Shown here: one piece after another, positions 1 to 9,215 of the stretch
Numbering within the stretch: the stretch's first letter is position 1
How the letters are laid out: each line of letters opens with the position of its first letter
Assembly (NCBI GenBank): GCA_012959275.1
Contig: DUDM01000042.1
Location: 17,018-81,017 of the forward strand
DNA: 64,000 bases
Direction of reading: 5' to 3'
From: Candidatus Poseidoniales archaeon
Lineage (GTDB): Archaea; Thermoplasmatota; Poseidoniia; Poseidoniales; Poseidoniaceae
Position numbers and translations under genes: made by a program
Notes under the pieces: model-generated
Told to the model about the DNA's origin: nothing
Seen by the model: only the letters and a program-made list of their open reading frames with translations
Database searches by the model: none

Positions 1-496
1 AAGAATCAGCGAATACGCAGAGCACTTCTCATCCGCTACTTACACAGCATCCGATAGAAGCCTTGACCACAACCCAATATGGGCTGTTAACGCAGATGTA
101 GCCCTACCGGCAGCAACCCAGAATGAAATCAACGAAAACGATGCAGCCAACCTTTTGGCAAACAGTGTATTCATGGTTTGTGAAGGCAGTAACATGCCAA
201 GTACCCCTGCAGCTATCGAGAAATTCATCGAAGCGGGAATCCTATATGCTCCTGGAAAGGCAAGCAACGCAGGTGGAGTAGCAACCAGTGGCTTAGAGAT
301 GAGTCAGAACAGTATGAGGCTATCATGGACTCGAGAAGAAGTCGATGCTAAGTTAGATGGAATCATGGTTGCAATTCACGAGTCCTGTGCAACTACTGCT
401 GCAGAATATGGCGAGCCAGGAAATTACATGCTTGGAGCAAATATTGCTGGTTTCCTAAAGGTTGCAGATGCGATGTTGGCTCAAGGCGTCATTTGA
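1..496 (+). CDS. gdhA: Glutamate dehydrogenase, C-terminal part (5' end lies outside the window)
   Basis: The frame is open from the window edge (codon phase starts at nt 2). The translation ..LPAATQNEINENDA..MVCEGSNMPSTPAAIEKF..YAPGKASNAGGVATSGLEMSQN.. matches the conserved NAD(P)-binding C-terminal half of Glu/Leu/Phe/Val dehydrogenases. Confidence 0.9.
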   Translation, partial: RISEYAEHFSSATYTASDRSLDHNPIWAVNADVALPAATQNEINENDAANLLANSVFMVCEGSNMPSTPAAIEKFIEAGILYAPGKASNAGGVATSGLEMSQNSMRLSWTREEVDAKLDGIMVAIHESCATTAAEYGEPGNYMLGANIAGFLKVADAMLAQGVI

Positions 497-989
497 TTGC
501 TTCATGCTTCAATAACCATTGCTTGGTTATAACACCACCAAAGCCGGAATAATCTCCCAAGTCCCCTCCAGACTTGAGAACTCTGTGGCAAGGCACGATA
601 ACAGTTACAGGATTTGCAGCCATCGCCGTGCCTACTGCTCTTGAAGCTCCTTCGTGGCCCGCCTTTTTCGCTAAGTCTCCATATGAGATTGTTTCTCCAA
701 CTATTGTGGAATTCAATGCCATCCAAACATCTTTTTGGAAATCCGTACCTTGAAGGTCTAGTTTGACATCTGGTAATTCCTTCTTCTCAATGAATTGCGA
801 AAGCCATTTATCAACACTTGAAAGAATGCCCTTTTGTAAGAGAGTTGGTCTACTGAAAACCAACAACCTCTTCCATTTCGTCTGCTCTTCTGGAGATAGG
901 AAAATCAGGCGCTTCAGGCCTTTTTCACTGGCTGTTGCAAGCAGTATTCCACATGGTAATTCAAATAGAGAGTTGGCATCATTTACCAT
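489..989 (-). CDS. ogt: Methylated-DNA--protein-cysteine methyltransferase (O6-alkylguanine alkyltransferase)
   Basis: Active-site motif PCHRV (IVPCHRVLKSGGDLGDYSG). ATG at 989 (MVNDANSLFELPCG..) is preferred. The ORF stays open to 1064, but that start would overlap the upstream gene by 86 nt. Confidence 0.85.
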   Translation of the reverse strand: MVNDANSLFELPCGILLATASEKGLKRLIFLSPEEQTKWKRLLVFSRPTLLQKGILSSVDKWLSQFIEKKELPDVKLDLQGTDFQKDVWMALNSTIVGETISYGDLAKKAGHEGASRAVGTAMAANPVTVIVPCHRVLKSGGDLGDYSGFGGVITKQWLLKHEAIK

Positions 990-1278
990 TTTCTCCACCT
1001 TCAACCGGTGCTTCTTCCATCCCGATGATTTCATAATTTGAAGGGAATAAGGCGATGACAACACCTGCTATTAGGCAGAATAGCCCCCAGCCGAATGATT
1101 GCTGGACGATGAATAATTCCAAGGCGATGGCGCATAGGGTTAGTCCTCCAACGTTGGATATCCAAACCATGGTTTTGAAGGTGGAAAGCCCAACTCCTTT
1201 GGTGCCTTCTCCCCGATAGGGGCCAAACTCCCCTCCAAACCGGACTGCATCTTCCTTTTCCTCTGCCATTTCATTCAC
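979..1278 (-). CDS. Small hypothetical membrane protein
   Basis: 99-aa ORF with hydrophobic segments (LTLCAIALELFIVQQSFGWGLFCLIAGVVIALF). 4-bp overlap with the upstream ferredoxin-like gene. No recognisable family. Confidence 0.45.
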   Translation of the reverse strand: MNEMAEEKEDAVRFGGEFGPYRGEGTKGVGLSTFKTMVWISNVGGLTLCAIALELFIVQQSFGWGLFCLIAGVVIALFPSNYEIIGMEEAPVEGGENGK

Positions 1279-1637
1279 CTGTCAAGCATGACGATTGCAT
1301 CTGTTGGACATGCAAGTACACAGAGTCTACATCCTGTGCAAGGGTCGCGGAGGATTCTTGCTTTTTTGTTAATCTCTGTTTTCATCAATGGACTCGCCAT
1401 TTCTTTATCATACATTTCGATTGCATCATCATCGCAGACCAGTGTACACTGATCGCAACCGATGCATAATTTCTCATGCACAAAGGCAACAACTTCTTCA
1501 CCGCTCTTTAGGGATTCCTTTCTTTCTTCATGACTGGAGTCCAGTGCCTTTCGGATGCGCTTCGCTTCGCCATCTCGGCGTCGTTGAAGTTCATCTATTG
1601 AGGTCATCAGGGCTGGCGAAGGGCTGCTCGGTTTCAA
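1275..1637 (-). CDS. 2x[4Fe-4S] ferredoxin-domain protein with charged N-terminal extension
   Basis: Two cluster motifs, CIGCDQCTLVCDDDAI and CTGCRLCVLACPTDAI. 4-bp overlaps with both neighbours. Confidence 0.75.
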   Translation of the reverse strand: MKPSSPSPALMTSIDELQRRRDGEAKRIRKALDSSHEERKESLKSGEEVVAFVHEKLCIGCDQCTLVCDDDAIEMYDKEMASPLMKTEINKKARILRDPCTGCRLCVLACPTDAIVMLDR

Positions 1638-2836
1638 GCCTTCTCGCTCTGCAATTGCATCTCTTTGGCCATCGCCAACATCGATAATTCTGCAATCAAT
1701 GCATGCCAGCCATCAGCATGGCGTGTAAGGTGTTCAGGCATTTCATCACGGCGATGGAAGTGAGATGAAGGCGAGTTTAGATTATCCATGTCGTTTTTCT
1801 TTGAATTAACGCGATAAAACCAAGATGCTGCCTCCCCATCGACTAGGTAAACTACTGGCTCAACTGCCCCATCTTCATTGAATTGGGTTGGCACACCTTC
1901 TTGAATCAGGAAATTATCGACATTTACTCCACCTTTACTATAGGAAAGTTTCTTCATTTTCCGATTGGATAATTGCAGCAATTGTTCACCAGAGGTTATT
2001 GTCAGGATACCTAGGCCATATGTTCCTCTGTCATTTTTAACAAAGACAACGGGCTCTCTATCGATTCCGTGTTTTTCATATCGTTGCTTTATTGCTTGAA
2101 TAAACGCGTCAACTTCTGCTGCTAATTCGATTCGGCAATTTTCTTTATCCAAGCATTTGTCTTCGCTGACAATCCATGCTGTCGTTAGGTGCCAAGGGTC
2201 GATGCCAAGCATTTTGCATATTTCATTGACATATTCATCGAGTGCTGCATAGTGTTCGGACTTTCGTCGCCGATGCCACCCCATCTCTACCGGTGGGCTA
2301 ACTTGCTGGGCGCCAAGCCCGGGGACTATCCCTCCTGTCAGGTCATTATTGAGTAAAATGAGACAAGGTTTCTCTCCATTGATGAGCAATGAATCGCCAT
2401 CGACTTCTACCTCAACCAATTGTAATGGCCCAGAAATGCCGTCGAGGGCTCCGTATCCTTCCAGTTCTGGTGAGCCGATAGTTGTCTTGAATCCTGCTTG
2501 CTTCAACAAGCGGGAAATCACGGCCACATTCTCGACATAGGCAGGATTGCGAGTATGGGATTCAGGATAGAGATGGACCCATCGACAGCCAGGGTGGCGC
2601 CGCTGCAGGTGGTTATTGAGCAGTTGGGATAGAAGTGCTTCATCTTCAGGTGCAACGTTATTGAAGCCAGCCGGAAAGTGATTTGCATCCACTACGCAGG
2701 CTTTCCAGCCGGAGTCTCGGATATCGACACTGCCATAGATTGGGATTGGTAATTCACTGCGTTTTTTTGCGAACCATTCGGTAAGTTCTGTACGCTTTGC
2801 TTCAAGCAGATGTTCATTATCATCGAGGTAGGTCAT
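1634..2836 (-). CDS. Probable glutamate--cysteine ligase of the rare T. ferrooxidans-type GshA family (ATP-grasp-like ligase)
   Basis: 400 aa. The N-terminal block PIYGSVDIRDSGWKACVVDANHFPAGFNNV resembles the signature I recall for Pfam GshA/TIGR02049. The assignment is from memory only. Confidence 0.45.
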   Translation of the reverse strand: MTYLDDNEHLLEAKRTELTEWFAKKRSELPIPIYGSVDIRDSGWKACVVDANHFPAGFNNVAPEDEALLSQLLNNHLQRRHPGCRWVHLYPESHTRNPAYVENVAVISRLLKQAGFKTTIGSPELEGYGALDGISGPLQLVEVEVDGDSLLINGEKPCLILLNNDLTGGIVPGLGAQQVSPPVEMGWHRRRKSEHYAALDEYVNEICKMLGIDPWHLTTAWIVSEDKCLDKENCRIELAAEVDAFIQAIKQRYEKHGIDREPVVFVKNDRGTYGLGILTITSGEQLLQLSNRKMKKLSYSKGGVNVDNFLIQEGVPTQFNEDGAVEPVVYLVDGEAASWFYRVNSKKNDMDNLNSPSSHFHRRDEMPEHLTRHADGWHALIAELSMLAMAKEMQLQSEKA

Positions 2837-2845
2837 ATTTTCACT

Positions 2846-4519
2846 TCACAATAGTTCATCCAATAGGTCGACAACAGTCATCCTGTTTCTATGCATGCCT
2901 CCTTCCAAGATATGCATTGATTCAAACAGCCCCATTCCCAAGGCGATTTCAGGTTGGTCTTTCATGCCACCAGATAGACTTGGATAGCGCTGCATTAATT
3001 GCTTGGCTCGCGGCATCATTTCATCTAAAAATTCGTCAAGCATTCGGGGTGCTGTTGCCCTTCCTGCAGGCAATTTAGGTCGCTTCACAATACTTGTTGG
3101 TAGAGGACTTAATGCTGCTGCACTTCGTAGTGCCCTCTTTTCCTCGCCCCATTTCTTAGAGTTTGGCAGGCGTTCTTGCATGGGCAGGTTCATCGCTTCT
3201 TCCACATGTGAAGACCCGAGGAATGGAACACGAACTTCCAAGCCATGTGCCATGCTGTGGCGGTCAACCAAGCGTAGTTGGAAGTTGGTTAACTGGCCAC
3301 GTTCTAATTCGAATTGAAGAGTATTTTGTAGTGAATTGAACATTGACAGGTCCTGTGTGGTTTGCATTCTATCGAGACGGCCCTGAATCAATTTGCGATG
3401 TTGGTCAAGGTCTCGATATCGGGGATAACCAGCATGTAATTCATCCGCCCCTTGCCCACAAAGGCCAACCGTAACGTCTTTTGACATGATTTGGAATAAT
3501 GGTTGGAAGAACATGACGGTGACATCTAGGTCCTCACCATGCCAACACATGTCAGGAACCGCACTTCCAAAAGCATCAGGGTCAAGGATTGTTTGATGGT
3601 GGACAAGGTCCAATTCACTGGCTACTAATTCTGCGGCCTGCCAATCGGGGTTATCTTCATCTTCGGCAACAGTCCAACATTCAGGAACAGGTTGGCCCGC
3701 AATTTGAGCAGCTTGATGAGATAGGGCTGCAACTAAGGCCGAATCAAGTCCACCAGATAACACGATTCCCACTGGGACATCGGACATCAAGCGGTCAGCA
3801 ATAGAATTAGTCAGAGAATCAAGCAAAGTCTTGGCTGAATAATCCTCCTTTGAAGTGATTTTGTATTGCTTGTATTTTTTACTACGAAGTAAAACTGCTT
3901 TGCCATCTTGAAGACCCCATACTTCTTCTGTGCCGGGGGCTACTTGTTCGACTCCTTCGAAAAGAGTCGCGTTGTCGAGTGGGTATTCAAAGGCAATTCT
4001 TTGTTGAAGTGCAGCCATATCCATTTTGGGCTGATAGGATTCGTGGGCACGTAAAGCCTTGGCTTCTGAGGCAACTAGTAGGGTGCCATCAACTACAGTG
4101 CGCAATAGTGGTTTGACACCTAATGGGTCGCGGGCAAGGATTAGTTCCTGCCGCTTTGCATTCCAAAGGCAGATGGCGAAGATACCATCCAACCGTGAAA
4201 CCCAGTCGCCACCTTGTTGTTGTAGAGCAAGAATTGATTCTGAATCACCTTTGGTTTTCCAAGGGTAGTTCTTCAATTCTGCTCTGGTATCTTTGTGATT
4301 ATAGATCTCTCCATTGACAACTAAGACGCTGCCATGCTCGGAGTGTATAGGTTGGTCTGAACCATGAATGTCGACAATAGCCAAACGTGAATGTCCCAAG
4401 CCGATTTCATCATCTACCCAGACATCATTTCCATCTGGTCCGCGGTGCTCAAGTAGCCCAATCATATTGCCTAGAGTAGAGGCGTCAGCCCCTCCAAGCA
4501 TGGCTGCGATACCGCACAT
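2846..4519 (-). CDS. asnB: Asparagine synthase (glutamine-hydrolysing)
   Basis: N-terminal MCGI (Cys2 Ntn-amidotransferase nucleophile), HRGPD, and the SGGLDS PP-loop ATP pyrophosphatase motif. 557 aa. Confidence 0.9.
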   Translation of the reverse strand: MCGIAAMLGGADASTLGNMIGLLEHRGPDGNDVWVDDEIGLGHSRLAIVDIHGSDQPIHSEHGSVLVVNGEIYNHKDTRAELKNYPWKTKGDSESILALQQQGGDWVSRLDGIFAICLWNAKRQELILARDPLGVKPLLRTVVDGTLLVASEAKALRAHESYQPKMDMAALQQRIAFEYPLDNATLFEGVEQVAPGTEEVWGLQDGKAVLLRSKKYKQYKITSKEDYSAKTLLDSLTNSIADRLMSDVPVGIVLSGGLDSALVAALSHQAAQIAGQPVPECWTVAEDEDNPDWQAAELVASELDLVHHQTILDPDAFGSAVPDMCWHGEDLDVTVMFFQPLFQIMSKDVTVGLCGQGADELHAGYPRYRDLDQHRKLIQGRLDRMQTTQDLSMFNSLQNTLQFELERGQLTNFQLRLVDRHSMAHGLEVRVPFLGSSHVEEAMNLPMQERLPNSKKWGEEKRALRSAAALSPLPTSIVKRPKLPAGRATAPRMLDEFLDEMMPRAKQLMQRYPSLSGGMKDQPEIALGMGLFESMHILEGGMHRNRMTVVDLLDELL

Positions 4520-4566
4520 CGATTCAGGCGCTCAGCCGGTGCTTATTCAACTCATGGTTGAATAAT

Positions 4567-4686
4567 TTAAGCAGACCAAAGAGGGAAGGCGAACATTGTC
4601 CAAATTAAAGAGCCAAATGCAAGTAAGAATGCAAGCACGTAAACGCTCTGTGGAACTTCCTCAGAGGTGCTCTCTTCTTCGCTCAT
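4567..4686 (-). CDS. Candidate 39-aa small membrane protein (below the ORF-track cutoff)
   Basis: Hand translation gives MSEEESTSEEVPQSVYVLAFLLAFGSLIWTMFAFPLWSA*: an acidic head plus one TM helix. It lies in an otherwise unassigned 220-bp gap between asnB and the next gene. Confidence 0.2.
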   Translation of the reverse strand: MSEEESTSEEVPQSVYVLAFLLAFGSLIWTMFAFPLWSA

Positions 4687-4738
4687 GTATTACCTGCGGG
4701 AGTAGGCGACTTGTAAAGATAACGAAACCAATCACTAA

Positions 4739-5377
4739 TCAAAGCCATGGTGCAAATACCATTGCCACAGCCAAAGGAATCAAACTCATCGTTGCATTAT
4801 CATCAATAAAGCGAAGCCTTGGCTTTTCTGCCAGTACACATAGAGGGGCAAATAGGGGCACCATCCACCAACTTGTATCGCTCCAATATGCGCTACCTGC
4901 CCAAACTAATGCCAACAAAAGGCTGCCGTAAAGCATGACTTTGGTTTCATCCATCCCTTTTCTTCGCAATTCGCCTAATAATGGGTCTCCAAGAGAAAGT
5001 GATAGTATGATTGCAAACCCTATTCCGGCACTTGGTGCATACAAGCAAGTCATGCCAACTCCAAAGGCTCCCCAAACCAAAGCACTAACCTGATGGGCTT
5101 CGTATTTCCTTTGACCATAGATGGTGATTCCTAGTTTTAGTCGAATACCTTCACCAATAGCCATGACGATTATTGCAATGCTAACGATTTTTTCTTTAGT
5201 CCAAGAGAGGTTAGCAATGTCATTTAGAAAATCAACCAATGGCTCATGCCAGAGATAGTAAATGAAAGGAATGATGGACATCGAGACGTGAAATGATCTG
5301 CGCAGAAGGTGCCCCCCTTTTCCTCCCACCGATTGCTCGATTGGGTCGGTCATCTCCACCGTCTCAGTCTCACTCAT
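4739..5377 (-). CDS. Polytopic membrane protein, function unknown (weak resemblance to dolichol/phytol kinase-type CTP-dependent enzymes)
   Basis: 212 aa with about 6 hydrophobic segments. 4-bp overlap with meaB upstream. The LGDPLLGELRRKG and DDN segments only loosely recall the kinase family. Confidence 0.5.
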   Translation of the reverse strand: MSETETVEMTDPIEQSVGGKGGHLLRRSFHVSMSIIPFIYYLWHEPLVDFLNDIANLSWTKEKIVSIAIIVMAIGEGIRLKLGITIYGQRKYEAHQVSALVWGAFGVGMTCLYAPSAGIGFAIILSLSLGDPLLGELRRKGMDETKVMLYGSLLLALVWAGSAYWSDTSWWMVPLFAPLCVLAEKPRLRFIDDNATMSLIPLAVAMVFAPWL

Positions 5378-6237
5378 TGTTCTACCTCCAAAAGTAGAAT
5401 TGCTTCTCCAATGTTGATTTGAGAGGATTCTAATTCATCTAAAATTGAATCGAGGTTAGGGTGATGACTCATTCTCCTCATCCATTGACTGGCTAATCTC
5501 TCCCGCCATTGGGCACGACTGGTTCCAGAATCTGCAACTTCGTCTATCGCCTGAACTAGGTAAGTGACACCATCTCCGGTGTGGGATGATACTTGCATAA
5601 CAGGAATATCCTTGCTCCCTGCTGATAATGCTGAGATGATGTTGGCTGCAGTTGCATCTGCCCCTTCAAGGTCTGATTTATTGACTACAATAATATCGAC
5701 TAATTCGATAATCCCTGCTTTTTCTGATTGGATTGCATCGCCCATCCCTGGTGCTTCAACCAGTATTATGGTATCAGCAACTGCAGCGATTCTAAATTCT
5801 GCTTGGCCCGAGCCAACCGTCTCTATGATAATCCGCTTCCAACCGCATTCTTTGAGCACTGCCGCCATGTCTGCAACCACGCTAGGTACAGCTCCAGTTT
5901 CACCTCTAGTGGCAACACTGCGCATGTATACAAGGTCATCTAAATCAGCGGATTCCATTCTAAGTCGGTCGCCAAGCAAGGCTCCTCCTGATATTGGAGA
6001 AGAAGGGTCGACCGCAAGAATTGCTACTTTCTCACCGTTCCTTGCATATGCTTGTGCTAATTGGTCGACGAGGCAAGATTTACCCACTCCTGGTGCGCCA
6101 GTTATGCCAATAACTTGCCCTTCTTCTTCCGTACTGAAAGCCAAACCATTTTCGACAAGGCTTAGGGCTTGAGATAGGCCAAGTCTGCTGCCCGCTCTGG
6201 CTTTATCAATATCCATTTTCAGTCGCCCCAATGCCAA
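5374..6237 (-). CDS. meaB: Methylmalonyl-CoA mutase-associated G3E GTPase (MeaB/ArgK)
   Basis: P-loop GITGAPGVGKS, LLGDRLRM, and NKSD (VVNKSDL) guanine-specificity motif. Adjacent to the mutase B12 subunit. An alternative start lies at 6216. Confidence 0.85.
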   Translation of the reverse strand: MALGRLKMDIDKARAGSRLGLSQALSLVENGLAFSTEEEGQVIGITGAPGVGKSCLVDQLAQAYARNGEKVAILAVDPSSPISGGALLGDRLRMESADLDDLVYMRSVATRGETGAVPSVVADMAAVLKECGWKRIIIETVGSGQAEFRIAAVADTIILVEAPGMGDAIQSEKAGIIELVDIIVVNKSDLEGADATAANIISALSAGSKDIPVMQVSSHTGDGVTYLVQAIDEVADSGTSRAQWRERLASQWMRRMSHHPNLDSILDELESSQINIGEAILLLEVEQ

Positions 6238-6659
6238 TCTGATTCTGCTCCGCAGCCGGCATCATCCTTGGCTGCAGCGGTGCTGATGAAGTCGTTGATT
6301 TGAGTGGAACTTGTTCCAGGTCCAAAAATTGCTTTTATCCCCGCCTCAAAGAGTGCTGGTTTGTCTGCAGTGGGGATTATTCCACCACCGAATACGATGA
6401 CGTGTCCGACATCAGATTCCTGAAGCAATTTACAAATCTTTGGAAATAAGTGTGCATGAGCACCTGAAAGAGAACTAAGCCCAAGGAATTGGGCATCTTC
6501 ATCGATGACAGTACGAACAATTTGTTCAGGTGTTCTCCTCAATCCAGTGTAGATGACTTCATGGCCAGCATCGCGCAATGCTCGCGCAACTACCTTTGCT
6601 CCGCGGTCATGTCCATCGAGCCCAGGTTTGGCGATGACTATGCGCAATGGGGTTGCCAT
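6219..6659 (-). CDS. Methylmalonyl-CoA mutase, B12-binding small subunit
   Basis: RIVIAKPGLDGHDRGAKVVARALRDAGHEVIYTG contains the DxHxxG cobalamin-binding motif. ATG at 6659 (MATPLRIV) is preferred over 6722. Confidence 0.9.
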   Translation of the reverse strand: MATPLRIVIAKPGLDGHDRGAKVVARALRDAGHEVIYTGLRRTPEQIVRTVIDEDAQFLGLSSLSGAHAHLFPKICKLLQESDVGHVIVFGGGIIPTADKPALFEAGIKAIFGPGTSSTQINDFISTAAAKDDAGCGAESDWHWGD

Positions 6660-6748
6660 TATGTCGCCACACAACAACCGCATTGATGTGGCTTGCGCCC
6701 ACGGTGCTTGCTGGGTAATCAATATGAGGTGGCTGCCTCTGGTCGAGG

Positions 6749-8311
6749 ATGAGCACCATGGAGACGACTAGACAACGTCTTGACAATTTACGCAACCGAA
6801 AGGTGCGTGCAGAGGCCGGTGGAGGCCAAGAAAGAGTGGATGTTCAGCACAAAAAAGGCAAATTAACGGCTCGTGAGAGATTGGATTATCTACTCGATGA
6901 AGGCTCATTTCAGGAAATCGACGCATTGGTCGAACATCGCTGCAAAGATTTCGACATGGATAAGAATATCATTCCTGGTGATGGTGTTGTTTGTGGTCAT
7001 GGAACAATCGATGGCCGACCAATCTATTGTTTCGCTCAGGACTTCACTGTTTACGGTGGAAGCCTTGGTGAAATGCATGGTCTGAAAATTTGCAAAGTCT
7101 TGGATATGGCCTTGAAAAATGGGCTTCCTGTAGTTGGCCTGAATGATTCTGGCGGCGCAAGGATTCAGGAGGGCGTAGCCTCATTGGGGTCCTATGCTGA
7201 AATCTTCTTCCGTAATGTTAGGGCAAGTGGAGTTGTTCCTCAAATCAGTGTTATCATGGGACCTTGTGCTGGTGGTGCAGTGTATTCTCCAGCAATAACC
7301 GATTTCGTCATCATGGTTGACAAGACAGCCCACATGTTCATTACCGGACCTGAAGTCATTAAGACGGTTACAAATGAGGATGTTTCATTCGAGGACTTAG
7401 GCGGAGCAGAGACTCATGGCACTAAGTCAGGAGTTTCTCACTTTACTACTCAAAGCGATGAGGAAGCACTCGACCTTGCTCGACAATTGGTAAATTACCT
7501 GCCTGCAAATAATATGGAAAAAGCACCTACAAAGAGCAGTTCGGACCCAGCCGATAGATTGTGTACATCTCTGGATACGTTAATTCCTGATGATGATAAC
7601 AAGCCCTATGATGTCCGAAAGGCGATTGAAGAAATTGCCGATAATGGGGCTTTTCTTGAAGTCCAAGCCGATTGGGCCGCAAATATCGTTGTTGGTTTTG
7701 CTCACTTAGCCGGTAATACAGTTGGTGTAGTAGCAAACCAGCCTTGTATTTTGGCCGGTTGCCTTGATATCGATGCCAGCGATAAGGCTGCCCGTTTCGT
7801 TCGTTTCTGTGATGCATTCAACATTCCATTGATTACTTTGGTCGATGTGCCTGGATTCTTGCCCGGAACCAATCAAGAGTGGGGTGGAATAATTCGCCAC
7901 GGTGCTAAACTCCTCTATGCTTATTCTGAAGCAACAGTGCCAAAGATGACAGTTATCCTTCGCAAGGCCTATGGCGGCGCATACGACGTAATGGGTTCTA
8001 AGCATATTCGTTCAGACCTTAACTTGGCATGGCCAAGCGCCCAAATCGCTGTCATGGGGGCTGATGGGGCGGTTGAAATCATTCATCGCAACCGCATTAA
8101 GTCGGCACGAAATTCTGAGCAAGAAAGAGAGAGGCTGGTTGAAGATTTCAATGATAAGTTGCTCAATCCATGGAAAGCAGCAGGGCTTGGTTACCTCGAT
8201 GATGTTATCGAACCAAGTCAAACACGACGCCGCTTAGCCGCAACTCTTGCCATTCTTCTTGACAAAGAAGAATTACGCCCAGCCCGAAAACACGGTAACA
8301 TCCCACTTTGA
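6749..8311 (+). CDS. pccB: Acyl-CoA carboxylase carboxyltransferase subunit (propionyl-CoA carboxylase beta / methylmalonyl-CoA decarboxylase alpha family)
   Basis: 520 aa. Conserved blocks [50 protein letters not shown] and [11 protein letters not shown]. Confidence 0.9.
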   Translation: MSTMETTRQRLDNLRNRKVRAEAGGGQERVDVQHKKGKLTARERLDYLLDEGSFQEIDALVEHRCKDFDMDKNIIPGDGVVCGHGTIDGRPIYCFAQDFTVYGGSLGEMHGLKICKVLDMALKNGLPVVGLNDSGGARIQEGVASLGSYAEIFFRNVRASGVVPQISVIMGPCAGGAVYSPAITDFVIMVDKTAHMFITGPEVIKTVTNEDVSFEDLGGAETHGTKSGVSHFTTQSDEEALDLARQLVNYLPANNMEKAPTKSSSDPADRLCTSLDTLIPDDDNKPYDVRKAIEEIADNGAFLEVQADWAANIVVGFAHLAGNTVGVVANQPCILAGCLDIDASDKAARFVRFCDAFNIPLITLVDVPGFLPGTNQEWGGIIRHGAKLLYAYSEATVPKMTVILRKAYGGAYDVMGSKHIRSDLNLAWPSAQIAVMGADGAVEIIHRNRIKSARNSEQERERLVEDFNDKLLNPWKAAGLGYLDDVIEPSQTRRRLAATLAILLDKEELRPARKHGNIPL

Positions 8312-8320
8312 GGAAATCAT

Positions 8321-8509
8321 ATGACGCATTCTGAGCAGACTTTACGCACAGCCGCAATAATGGCAGTGTTGAGTTTGCTTGATGAATCAACTTCTTTGGA
8401 TGATATTGGTCGTAATGCAGGTACCGCTTGGGCACAAGACCACCGATTATTAGCGAGCGGTCAATCAAGTCTGTTGCGCCGCCGTTCAGCAAGATCCCCA
8501 TGGAAGTGA
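8321..8509 (+). CDS. Small ORF between carboxyltransferase and BCCP, possibly an acyl-CoA carboxylase epsilon-like or OadG-like accessory subunit
   Basis: 62 aa, tightly packed between pccB and the BCCP gene. The AAIMAVLSLL segment and the W/R-rich tail loosely recall small carboxylase accessory subunits. Confidence 0.3.
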   Translation: MTHSEQTLRTAAIMAVLSLLDESTSLDDIGRNAGTAWAQDHRLLASGQSSLLRRRSARSPWK

Positions 8510-8513
8510 AAAG

Positions 8514-8927
8514 ATGGGGGAAATCAGAAAAGTAATCGTCGACGGAGTTGAATTTGAGGTTGACATCGAAGTCGGAGATGGTTCATACAAGGCTACCGTG
8601 GAAGGCCAAACTTTCGAAATTTCAATTCCCAATACAGCCCCAGTTTCTTCAAAGCGAAAGCGCGACAGTAGTCGAGGCAAAAAAAGCGGCGTCATATCAG
8701 CCAATATCCCTGGAAAAATAGTCACTATTGATGTTGCGGTTGGAGATGTGGTTGAAGAAGGCCATGTTATTCTCATTCTTGAGGCCATGAAAATGCAAAA
8801 TGAAATCGTCGCACCGATAGCAGGAATCGTTGAAAGCATCAATTGCGTAGAGGGTCAATCCATTGAGGCAAATATTCCATTAGCGGTGATAAAAGGCCCA
8901 GATGACCCCCCACAAGACGAGGGTTGA
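8514..8927 (+). CDS. Biotin carboxyl carrier protein (biotinyl domain)
   Basis: Biotinylation motif EAMKMQNEI within a typical lipoyl/biotinyl barrel sequence (GKIVTIDVAVGDVVEEGHVILILEAMKM). Confidence 0.85.
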   Translation: MGEIRKVIVDGVEFEVDIEVGDGSYKATVEGQTFEISIPNTAPVSSKRKRDSSRGKKSGVISANIPGKIVTIDVAVGDVVEEGHVILILEAMKMQNEIVAPIAGIVESINCVEGQSIEANIPLAVIKGPDDPPQDEG

Positions 8928-9193
8928 ATAAGAAGCATGGAGTGGTGTTAGTCGTGTCCGACTCTCCAAGTTGCGATTTTCCCGGCTGCGAAGTCGATGG
9001 TTTCGTTATTAGCAGGCTATCCCCAGAGGGGTTCTTGGTGGCTACTGGAAAGAAAGCCTATTCGTTTAGAGAGGCTTATCGCCGCTTCCATTATTGTCAG
9101 GCACACCATGATGAATTGATGGCAAATGTATGGTCAAGAGTACGAAGGCCTGATGATAAGTCGGATGGGCATGTTGCGCCAACCGCAATTTAA
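8924..9193 (+). CDS. Hypothetical Cys/His-containing protein
   Basis: 89-aa ORF with a 4-bp overlap on the BCCP gene. Contains C-x4-C .. C-x2-HH residues. No family recognised. Confidence 0.4.
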   Translation: MNKKHGVVLVVSDSPSCDFPGCEVDGFVISRLSPEGFLVATGKKAYSFREAYRRFHYCQAHHDELMANVWSRVRRPDDKSDGHVAPTAI

Positions 9194-9215
9194 TCCTAAC
9201 AAATTCTTGTTAAGT

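Noticed and set aside
5564-6172. 202-aa ORF antisense to meaB. The same applies to 15676-16329 (antisense to the FtsZ-like gene), 47008-47613 (antisense to coiled-coil paralog 4), 36502-36861, 20304-20891 and 32970-33437.
   Set aside because: Each lies fully inside a gene with strong family motifs on the other strand. The products are low-complexity (S/P/A/R-rich) and lack recognisable motifs.
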